A DNA stretch of 64,000 bases from NCBI GenBank assembly GCA_034113365.1, contig JAXEXP010000158.1:1759-65758 (forward strand), written 5' to 3'. Positions 16,568-23,626 of this stretch are shown in pieces (positions within the stretch are counted from its first letter, which is position 1; every line of letters starts with the position of its first letter). The notes beneath the pieces were generated by a model. That model was not told where the DNA came from, made no database searches, and worked only from the letters and a program-made list of their open reading frames with translations. The position numbers and the translations under genes were made by a program. Source of the stretch: Candidatus Spyradocola sp. (GTDB lineage: Bacteria > Bacillota > Clostridia > Christensenellales > UBA1750).

Positions 16568-16641
16568 TGGCAGCGGGACTAGGATTCGAACCTAGGCAAT
16601 ACGAGTCAGAGTCGTAGGTGCTACCGTTACACCATCCCGCT
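16568..16641 (-). tRNA. tRNA-Gln (anticodon CTG)
   Basis: Reverse complement AGCGGGATGGTGTAACGGTAGCACCTACGACTCTGACTCGTATTGCCTAGGTTCGAATCCTAGTCCCGCTGCCA. The anticodon loop is CTCTGAC. Confidence 0.9.
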
Positions 16642-16679
16642 ATACCGTTCGTTGGCCCGTCACCGTGTCAACGAAGATG

Positions 16680-16708
16680 ATTATAGCAGTCAGACCGGGA
16701 ATTGTCAA
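16680..16708 (-). promoter_or_regulatory. Consensus sigma-A promoter of the tRNA-Gln/Glu operon
   Basis: Minus strand: TTGACA, 17-nt spacer, TATAAT, preceded by an A/T-rich UP-like tract (GAGAAAAAAGTTGAAAAAGG). Confidence 0.7.
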
Positions 16709-16963
16709 CACCTTTTTCAACTTTTTTCTCAAAAAAGTTTTCCGCCGCGCAAAAAGCAAGAAAAAACCCCAAAGTGCCGCTCGCCCTATTTTGACACCTG
16801 CTACGTAAAGCAGGGTGGTGCCCTGCGCGCGTCCGCTGCCTTCCGCTGACAGTTCCCCGAAGGGAAGGCGGCCTGGCATTGGAACGAACGACCCAGGCTC
16901 CATTTTGAGTCTGTAGGTTCAAAATCAGGACGTTACGCACACCCCAGGATTTCTTGTGGCTCT

Positions 16964-16993
16964 ATTATAGACCGGGCGCCAAGCGCTTGTCAA
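16964..16993 (-). promoter_or_regulatory. Second near-consensus promoter about 320 nt upstream of tRNA-Gln
   Basis: Minus strand: TTGACA (16993-16988), 18-nt spacer, TATAAT (16969-16964). It overlaps the palindrome CAAGCGCTTG. Confidence 0.5.
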
Positions 16994-17014
16994 GCGCCAT
17001 ATTTTTCTTGCGCG

Positions 17015-17821
17015 TCAGGGCTGCGCGCGCTGTGCCCGCAGCCGCTTTTCGCATTCGGCGACGCCCAGGTACATCAGCGCCGCCAGCACGCACAGCACCG
17101 CCGTGCCCGCCATCACCAGGTCCAGCTTGAACACCTGCCCGCCGTAGACGATCAGATACCCCAGCCCCGCCCGGCTGACCAGGAATTCCCCCACGATCAC
17201 GCCCACCCAGCTCATGCCGATGCCCAATTTCAGCGCCGAGACCGTCGTGGGCAGCGCGCCGGGGAATACCACCATCGAAAAGCACTGCAGCTTGCTCGCG
17301 CCAAAGGACCGAAGCAGCGTCAGCTTCTCCGGCTCAATGGCCAGGAACCCGCCCAGCACCGTCACCATCGTCACGATCACCGACACCAGCAGGCTCATCA
17401 CGATGATGGCCGGCATCCCCGACCCGATCCACACGATGAGCACCGGCCCCAGCGCGATCTTGGGCAGGGCGTTGAGCACCACCAGGTACGGATCCAGCAC
17501 GCGGCACAGCGTGTCCGACCACCACAGCGCCACCGCCAGCCCGATGCCCAGCAGCGAGCCCACCACAAAGCCCACCACCGTCTCCCACAGCGTCACGCCC
17601 ACGTGCAGCCACAGCTCGCCCGTGCGTGCCAGCGTCCACAGCGTGCCCGCCATGCGGCTGGGGCTGGACAGCAGGAACGCGTCGATCACGCCCAGCCGCG
17701 CCAGCGCCTCCCACAGCAGCAGGAATACCGCCAGTATGCCCCATCTTGCCGCCGCTATGCCCCTCTTTCTGCGCCGCAGCCCGGCCAGATACCTCCTCTG
17801 CGCCGCCGATTCATTGCACAT
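17015..17821 (-). CDS. ABC transporter permease (NitT/TauT-type)
   Basis: Start moved to ATG 17821 (11-nt overlap with the ATPase gene). Polytopic, with an EAA-like region ...LPKIALGPVLIVWIG... Confidence 0.85.
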   Translation of the reverse strand: MCNESAAQRRYLAGLRRRKRGIAAARWGILAVFLLLWEALARLGVIDAFLLSSPSRMAGTLWTLARTGELWLHVGVTLWETVVGFVVGSLLGIGLAVALWWSDTLCRVLDPYLVVLNALPKIALGPVLIVWIGSGMPAIIVMSLLVSVIVTMVTVLGGFLAIEPEKLTLLRSFGASKLQCFSMVVFPGALPTTVSALKLGIGMSWVGVIVGEFLVSRAGLGYLIVYGGQVFKLDLVMAGTAVLCVLAALMYLGVAECEKRLRAQRAQP

Positions 17822-18575
17822 GTACGTCCAGCTCCTTCCAGATGCGGTCAAAATAGTCCCGGAACCGCGCATCCCGCCGCCGCTGCATCGGGCCGCCCAC
17901 AAGCTCGATCCCGTGCTCCGACTTGATCCTGGCCGGCCTGTGCGTCAGCACCACCACCCGATCCGCCATAGAAATGGCCTCCGATACGTCGTGCGTGACG
18001 AGGATGGTGGCGCGGTCGCTGCCGGAGAGGGCCTGCTTGACCTCGTCGGCAAGCTGGATGCGGGTCTGGGAGTCCAGCGCGGAGAAGGGTTCGTCCAGCA
18101 GCAGGAACTCCGGCTCCACCGCCAGCGTGCGCACCAGCGCCGCGCGCTGCCGCATGCCGCCCGACAGCTGCCCCGGAAATGCGTGCGCAAACTCGGCAAG
18201 GCCGCAGCTTTCCAGCAGCGAATCCACCAGGGAAAGCTGCTTTTTTGTGGGCTTTCCGCGCACGCGCAGGCCCACCAGCGCATTGTCGCGCACCGTCAGC
18301 CAGTCGAAAAGATGGTCGCGCTGCAGCATGTAGCCCATGTGCGCAGGCGGCGAAACAATGGGCTGTCCGCGCAGCAGCACGCGGCCCGCATCCGGGCGCA
18401 GCAGGCCCGCCGCGAGCGAGAGCACCGTGGACTTTCCGCACCCGCTGGGCCCGAGCAGCGCGACAAACTCGCCCCTGCGGACGGAAAGCGTGAAATCCTC
18501 CAAGACCGCCGTCTCACCGCTCTGCTGGTGATAGCGCATGCAGACGTGGTCGAAAACAAGCAAAGCGTCCTCCAT
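17811..18575 (-). CDS. ABC transporter ATP-binding protein (NitT/TauT-type)
   Basis: Walker A GPSGCGKST, signature LSGGMRQR, Walker B LLLDEPFSALD. ATG 18575 lies 5 nt after AGGAGGGG. Confidence 0.9.
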   Translation of the reverse strand: MEDALLVFDHVCMRYHQQSGETAVLEDFTLSVRRGEFVALLGPSGCGKSTVLSLAAGLLRPDAGRVLLRGQPIVSPPAHMGYMLQRDHLFDWLTVRDNALVGLRVRGKPTKKQLSLVDSLLESCGLAEFAHAFPGQLSGGMRQRAALVRTLAVEPEFLLLDEPFSALDSQTRIQLADEVKQALSGSDRATILVTHDVSEAISMADRVVVLTHRPARIKSEHGIELVGGPMQRRRDARFRDYFDRIWKELDVHVQ

Positions 18576-18650
18576 AATCACCCCTCCTGAGCGCGGGGGA
18601 ATCGTTTACATGGGCAGTGTATGCGGCGCAGGGGCAGGATGTGAGGGCGC

Positions 18651-18796
18651 AAAAACGCCCCTGTACGCAGACGGTGCAGGGGCGGAAAACTGCGTCTAAA
18701 GCTTCGTTGGGGGGACTGACACCTCATCAGTCGCCTGCGGGCGACAGCTTCCCCTCAAGGGGAAGCCATGGGATCGCAGCGTTCAGGGGCGAGTTT
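18651..18796. repeat. GC-rich multi-hairpin extragenic repeat (copy A)
   Basis: Hairpins GCCCCTG...CAGGGGC, GTCGCC-TGCG-GGCGAC and CTTCCCC-TCAA-GGGGAAG. It is near-identical to 19062-19330 apart from an insertion. Confidence 0.7.
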
Positions 18797-19045
18797 TTAT
18801 GCGAGGATGTAGGCCTGATAGCGGGTCAGCGGGGGCAATTCGAGCGTGGTTTTGCCCTGATGAACGGTCAGTTTTGGGGGATGCGCGGCGTCCACGGGGG
18901 TGACAGTTTCGTAGGGTCTGGGGAAGGTGACGGTCACGCTGTGGAGGGGGATGTAGGGGTCGAAGGTGGCGCTGTTGAAGCCCGAAAGGTTGATAATTTG
19001 CAGAAATGTGCGATCATCAGGAAGGAAGTTCAGGTGAACATGGAC
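18797..19045 (-). pseudogene. Orphan 3' fragment paralogous to the C-terminus of the GHL6-like gene
   Basis: Translates to ...NFLPDDRTFLQIINLSGFNSATFDPYIPLHSVTVTFPRPYETVTPVDAAHPPKLTVHQGKTTLELPPLTRYQAYILA. The intact gene ends ...NTLPDGRTFLQILNLSGFNGVTFEPCIPLHGVTVTLPKPYETVTPVDAAQPPKLTVQQGKTTLELPPLTRYQAYILA. Confidence 0.7.
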
Positions 19046-19061
19046 GAGACATAAGGGGGAC

Positions 19062-19330
19062 AAAACCGCCCCTGTACGCAGACGGTGCAGAGGCGGAAAA
19101 CTGCGTCTAAAGCTTCGTTTGGGGGACTGACACCTCATCAGTCGCTGCGGCGACAGCTTCCCGCTGCGCACCGAACCAGCCGTTCCGTCTGTTCCGGTGT
19201 TCCGGTCGGCTTATTCTCCATAAACAGTCCACTGGACTGTTTATTCCGAAACGCTCGACCTCCAGGGCTTCGCCCCTCCGGGTGAACCCTCAAGGGGAAG
19301 CCATAGGGTCGCACCGTTCAGGGGCGGTTT
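19062..19330. repeat. GC-rich multi-hairpin extragenic repeat (copy B) carrying a nested insertion of about 125 nt
   Basis: Same unit as 18651-18796. The CTTCCC|CTCAAGGGGAAG hairpin is split by an insert (about 19163-19288) containing AAACAGTCCA-C-TGGACTGTTT. Confidence 0.7.
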
Positions 19331-21268
19331 TTATGCGAGGATGTAGGCCTGATAGCGGGTCAGCGGGGGCAGTTCGAGCGTGGTTTTGCCCTGCTGAACG
19401 GTCAGCTTTGGAGGCTGCGCGGCGTCCACGGGGGTGACAGTTTCGTAGGGTTTGGGGAGGGTGACGGTCACGCCGTGGAGGGGGATGCAGGGCTCAAACG
19501 TGACGCCGTTGAAGCCCGAAAGGTTGAGGATTTGCAGGAATGTGCGGCCGTCCGGGAGGGTGTTTAGGAAAATTTCCGCGCAGGACGGCGCGTTTGTGGC
19601 GAGCTGGGAGAGGGCTGCGGGCGAAAGCTTGCGCAGCGCATCCAGCGCGATAAGCCTGTGATCGGCATAGCCGTAGTCGCGGTAGAGCTGGCCTATGCGG
19701 AAGGTGAGGGCCATGATCTGGCCGTCCGGGCTGGTCAGAAGGGCTTGTTCCGGGCCGGTTTTGTGGCCGTAGCAGCGCTCGGGCGGGCCGAAACGGGCGG
19801 GATGCACCAGCGGCAGCTCGCCGTTTTCGCAGTCAAAAACGCCGAATTCCTGGTCCAGAATCACCCAATCGCGGTCGGGGAAGGAGGGGAAAAGCGCCTT
19901 GTTTTGGGTGGAGAGATAGGCCGCGCGGGTGGCGGTTTCGGTGCGGAGAAAGCGCGCGTGCAGCAGCGTTTCGGCGCGGTTTTCGGGCGCTGTGAGCGCG
20001 GAAAACAGGATGCGCAGGCCGTGCTTTTGAGCCGCATCGAGCAGCGCATCGGGCACCTTTTGGGGGTCGGGGACGATCAAAACGTCGTGATTTTGCACCT
20101 TTTCGGGGTACATTTCGGCGGCAAAATGGTCGAGGGAGTCGAAGGGGACGTGCGCCTCCTTGAGCAGATTGTACCAGCCGAGGTACTCCTTATTGGACTT
20201 GTCGGGGCGGTAGAGCAGCACGCGCGCGCAGGAGGTCAGGCGGCCGTAGAGCGCCGCGTTGCGCTCGTGGAACGCGAACACCTCGCGCATCGCCGCCACG
20301 CCCGCGCGGTCGGGATAGTCCGCAAAGTCGCCGATGATGCAAAAATCCAGCTGCGAGCCCGCGGCCATGTTCTGGTAGAGGCGGATCTTCGTAAGCTCGG
20401 GCGACACGCCCTGAAAGCGGTAGAAGATGTCCACCGCGTTGATGGCGCAGTTGAGCATGGTCTTTTCCCCCGCCCAGCTAAACGCCGCCGTGCCACAGTT
20501 TTCCGACGCGGAATACAGGAAAAAGGGCAGCGGACGGTCCACCGCGGAGTTGGATTCCTCGCGGATGATGTCCACGTTGTGGTGGTAGGTGCACACCGCG
20601 ACCTCGGGATTGACGTCCTTTACGGCCTGCCGGATGCGGGTGAGCAGCGCGTGCACGGTGTGCTCCTTGAAGGCGGCGTAGGTTTTGTCGGACTTCCAGC
20701 TGTCGCCCTTGGGCAGGTCGCGTCCGCTGTAGGCGCGGTAGGCGGCCTTACAGGACGGGCAGTTGCAGATGCCGTGCTCGACGTTGGAATAGTCCTTGGT
20801 CTGGAAGCCGAACATGTTGAAAAACACGCCGTCCACGGGGTATTTTTGCAGCACCTCGCGAAGGATCTCGATGGAAATGCGCTGCTGGTAGTCGCCGCAG
20901 ACGCAGGTGACGGCGGTGTCGTTATAGTGCAGGTGCTGGCCGGATTCCGAGACGTAGTACCACTCGGGGTGCTGCAAAAGCAGGCGCTCGTGCGTCTTGG
21001 AGAAGTCGAAGCGCGCGATGACGCGGACGCCGTTTTTGTGGCAGATGTCCACGATTTTTCCCAATGTGTCGCCCTTGAGATACGGACTTACCGTCTGGAA
21101 GGACAGCTCGGACGGGAAGAACGAGGTGATGCCGCCCGCGCCCACCATCACGCAGTTGCAGTGGGACAGGCGGATCTGCTCGAACCACTGCTCCACGTCC
21201 ATGCCCGCGTCGACGTCGCGCAGGTTGTTCTGGATCATGCGAAGGTCGTTCTGAAGCCACCAGTGCAT
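19331..21268 (-). CDS. Putative glycoside hydrolase-like TIM-barrel protein (GHL6-type N-terminus)
   Basis: 645 aa with RBS AAGGGGGA. MHWWLQNDLRMIQNNLRDVDA...NCVMVGAGGITSFFPS...GVRVIARFDFSK resembles the hypothetical glycosyl-hydrolase-6 family as I recall it. Confidence 0.7.
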   Translation of the reverse strand: MHWWLQNDLRMIQNNLRDVDAGMDVEQWFEQIRLSHCNCVMVGAGGITSFFPSELSFQTVSPYLKGDTLGKIVDICHKNGVRVIARFDFSKTHERLLLQHPEWYYVSESGQHLHYNDTAVTCVCGDYQQRISIEILREVLQKYPVDGVFFNMFGFQTKDYSNVEHGICNCPSCKAAYRAYSGRDLPKGDSWKSDKTYAAFKEHTVHALLTRIRQAVKDVNPEVAVCTYHHNVDIIREESNSAVDRPLPFFLYSASENCGTAAFSWAGEKTMLNCAINAVDIFYRFQGVSPELTKIRLYQNMAAGSQLDFCIIGDFADYPDRAGVAAMREVFAFHERNAALYGRLTSCARVLLYRPDKSNKEYLGWYNLLKEAHVPFDSLDHFAAEMYPEKVQNHDVLIVPDPQKVPDALLDAAQKHGLRILFSALTAPENRAETLLHARFLRTETATRAAYLSTQNKALFPSFPDRDWVILDQEFGVFDCENGELPLVHPARFGPPERCYGHKTGPEQALLTSPDGQIMALTFRIGQLYRDYGYADHRLIALDALRKLSPAALSQLATNAPSCAEIFLNTLPDGRTFLQILNLSGFNGVTFEPCIPLHGVTVTLPKPYETVTPVDAAQPPKLTVQQGKTTLELPPLTRYQAYILA

Positions 21269-21280
21269 AAGTTTTCCCCC

Positions 21281-21739
21281 TTATTTTGTGTTTGTGAGGT
21301 GATCGAGAAGGGCCTGACAGCCGCGGGAGATGTCGTCATAGGCGGCGTCGAAGTCGTCGGTGTACCACGGGTCGGCGACGTCGCCGGGGGCGTCGGTGTA
21401 GTCCAGCAGGCGGTGCAGCTTGCCGTCGGGGTCGCCGCCCGCGATGCGGCGCATGGCGCGCAGGTTGTTGCCATCCATGCCGATGAGCAGGTCGTAGCGC
21501 GCATAGTCGCCCGCCATCATCTGCACCGCGCGGTGGTCGGTCAGCGGGACGCCCATCTCCTGCAGCTTGCGCCTTGCGGGCGGATAGATGGGATTTCCCC
21601 ATTCCTCGGTAGACGTGGCGGCGGAATTGATGTAAAATTGCTCCGTAAGGCCGCGTTTTGCGACCATTTGCTTGAAAATGCACTCCGCCATGGGCGAGCG
21701 GCAGATGTTGCCAAGACACACGAACAGCACGCGGATCAT
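21281..21739 (-). CDS. Low-molecular-weight protein-tyrosine phosphatase
   Basis: MIRVLFVCLGNICRSPMAE (CX5R-S P-loop) plus the DPWY/DD motif. ATGA overlap with the upstream gene. Confidence 0.9.
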   Translation of the reverse strand: MIRVLFVCLGNICRSPMAECIFKQMVAKRGLTEQFYINSAATSTEEWGNPIYPPARRKLQEMGVPLTDHRAVQMMAGDYARYDLLIGMDGNNLRAMRRIAGGDPDGKLHRLLDYTDAPGDVADPWYTDDFDAAYDDISRGCQALLDHLTNTK

Positions 21740-22296
21740 ACGCGCTCCTCCTCCAGCAGCTTTTCCATGATGATAAAGCGCCCCATCCGCCAGTCGGCGT
21801 GGCCGGTGGGCGCAAAGCCCGCCTTGGTGTACAGGTGCAGCGCGGCGGGGTTTTGCGAAAACACGTCCAGACGCAGCGAACGCACACCGGAATCGCGGGC
21901 TTCCTCAAAGATATGGTGCAGCGCCTGACCGGCGAGGCCCTTGCTCTGAAACTCCGGGTGGACGCACAGGCGGTGCAGCACGAGCCACGGGCGCTCGGGC
22001 TGCGCCCAGGCACAGGCGGCGTAGTCGTCGTCGCAGTCGTGGTTGAGTGCGTAGATGAGCGCGATGCGTTCGCCCACGATGCCTATGCGCAGGGTGCCGT
22101 CGGCGACGTCCTGCAAAAAATCGCCGCGGGTGGGGTAGTATTCGCACCACTGATGGATGCCGCGGCGCTCCATGTCGTCGATGGCGGCGCGGATGAGCGC
22201 CATGATCTCGTCCAGGTCCTCTTCCCGGGCGGGGCGGTAGGCGATGTCCACGGTCAGCAGCTCCCTTCCGTTTCGTTGATGGGGATACTTTACCAT
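21736..22296 (-). CDS. GNAT family N-acetyltransferase
   Basis: Acetyl-CoA motif region ...LHRLCVHPEFQSKGLAGQALHHI. ATG 22296 lacks an RBS. The alternative GTG 22251 lies 9 nt after GGAAGGGAG and may be the true start. Confidence 0.8.
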   Translation of the reverse strand: MVKYPHQRNGRELLTVDIAYRPAREEDLDEIMALIRAAIDDMERRGIHQWCEYYPTRGDFLQDVADGTLRIGIVGERIALIYALNHDCDDDYAACAWAQPERPWLVLHRLCVHPEFQSKGLAGQALHHIFEEARDSGVRSLRLDVFSQNPAALHLYTKAGFAPTGHADWRMGRFIIMEKLLEEERV

Positions 22297-22342
22297 ATTT
22301 CACAGCGAAATACAAACCGTACGATCGAAAGGATGGTTTTTG

Positions 22343-23308
22343 ATGCAGATCCTGCGCAACGAGCTGATCTTCCAGCCGAGGGAGGGCGTGCAGTGCCACG
22401 CGAGCCACATCGCACTGCCGCCGGACGGCGGGGCGTTTGCGGTGTGGTTTCAGGGCACGCGCGAGGGCGCGGACGACGTGCGCATCTGGGGCGCGTGTTT
22501 GCCCAAAGAGGGGCACTGGGAGGAGCCTGCGCCGCTGACGCCCGACAACGGGCTGCCGCACTGGAATCCGGTGCTGTACCTGCGGAAGGATGGCGTGCTG
22601 CTGCTGTTCTACAAGGAAGGGCGCGTGATCGCGGACTGGCACACGATGGTGATGCGGTCAAAAGACTTTGGGCGCAGCTGGTCGGAGCCGGAGGAGCTGG
22701 TGCCGGGCGACGTGGGCGGCAGGGGGCCTGTACGCAACAAGATACTGGTGCTGCCGGACGGGGCATTGCTTGCACCGGCGTCGCTGGAAAAGGGCGAATG
22801 GCGGTGCTTTATGGATCGCTCGGAGGACGGTGGGGCGAGCTGGGCGCGGACGGCGGACATCCGCATCCCGCGGCCGGAGGGCGAAATTCCGACGCCGTTT
22901 GGGGCGATCCAGCCCACGCTCTGGCGCGACAATAAGGGCGTACATGCGCTGCTGCGCACTACGCAGGGGACGCTGTATCGCGTGGATTCAGTGGATGAGG
23001 GGTTGAGCTGGTGCGAACCCTATGCAACATCCATGCCCAACAACAACAGCGGCGTGGACGTGGCCTGCGCGCCGGATGGGACGCTCTATCTGGTGTGCAA
23101 CCCGGTGGGCGGCAACTGGGCAGCGCGCTCGCCGATCTCGGTGTTTGTGTCGCGGGATAGCGGGGCGAAGTGGGAATTGCTCACGCCTCTGGTGACCATG
23201 CCGGGGGAGTATTCGTATCCGGCGGTGCTGTGGCGGGACGGCGCGCTGCACATCACGCACACCTGGCAGCGGCGGTCGATCTGCTACTGGCAGCTCCGGC
23301 TAAACTAA
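22343..23308 (+). CDS. BNR/sialidase-like (exo-alpha-sialidase fold) protein
   Basis: Asp-box-like motifs SKDFGRSWSEP and SEDGGASWART. 321 aa from ATG 22343. Confidence 0.75.
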   Translation: MQILRNELIFQPREGVQCHASHIALPPDGGAFAVWFQGTREGADDVRIWGACLPKEGHWEEPAPLTPDNGLPHWNPVLYLRKDGVLLLFYKEGRVIADWHTMVMRSKDFGRSWSEPEELVPGDVGGRGPVRNKILVLPDGALLAPASLEKGEWRCFMDRSEDGGASWARTADIRIPRPEGEIPTPFGAIQPTLWRDNKGVHALLRTTQGTLYRVDSVDEGLSWCEPYATSMPNNNSGVDVACAPDGTLYLVCNPVGGNWAARSPISVFVSRDSGAKWELLTPLVTMPGEYSYPAVLWRDGALHITHTWQRRSICYWQLRLN

Positions 23309-23309
23309 A

Positions 23310-23515
23310 CACTCCCCCAGGCCATCCCGGCGTCCGTCGCGGACGCCTTAGACCTCTGCATCCTCCCCCTTGTGGGGAGGGTGCAGAGGTCATCCCCGGG
23401 AAGTTAGGTAAACATTCCCCAGAACGTCCCGGCGTCCGTCGAGGACGCCATAGACCCCTGCACCCCTCCCCCTTGCGGGGAGGGGTGCAGGGGTCATCCC
23501 CCCCCCCGGGAGGCC
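23310..23515. repeat. Two tandem units of about 103 bp, each with two GC-rich hairpins
   Basis: Unit 1 has GGCGTCC-GTCGC-GGACGCC and CTCTGCATCCTCCCC-TTGT-GGGGAGGGTGCAGAG. Unit 2 has GGCGTCC-GTCGA-GGACGCC and CTGCACCCCTCCCC-TTGC-GGGGAGGGGTGCAG. Unit 2 ends in a C10 run (23498-23507), versus C4 in unit 1. Confidence 0.75.
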
Positions 23516-23626
23516 AGTACAAGACAGGATGCGGTTTGTTAAACTGCCGGGAACGGCTTGCGCAGGGCGGTACAAACAGGTAAAATAATGTAAGGATGGA
23601 ATGATTTTTCCGAAGGGAGATTTCGC

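Noticed and set aside
16710-16957. SRP RNA, 6S RNA, tmRNA or RNase P identity for the structured region upstream of tRNA-Gln
   Set aside because: CUGUCAGCGGAAGGCAGC superficially recalls the SRP helix-8 sequence GUCAGGUCCGGAAGGAAGCAGC but lacks the conserved internal-loop residues. The 5' and 3' ends do not pair as in 6S RNA. No GAGGAAAGUCC (RNase P) motif or tRNA-like tmRNA ends are present. I kept it only as an unclassified leader or ncRNA.
23310-23515. Possible CRISPR array. I also checked the collagen-repeat DNA at 4800-5400 and 6300-6450.
   Set aside because: Only two directly abutting units are present, with no unique spacers. The GxY repeats are coding and have 9-bp periodicity. No cas genes are present.
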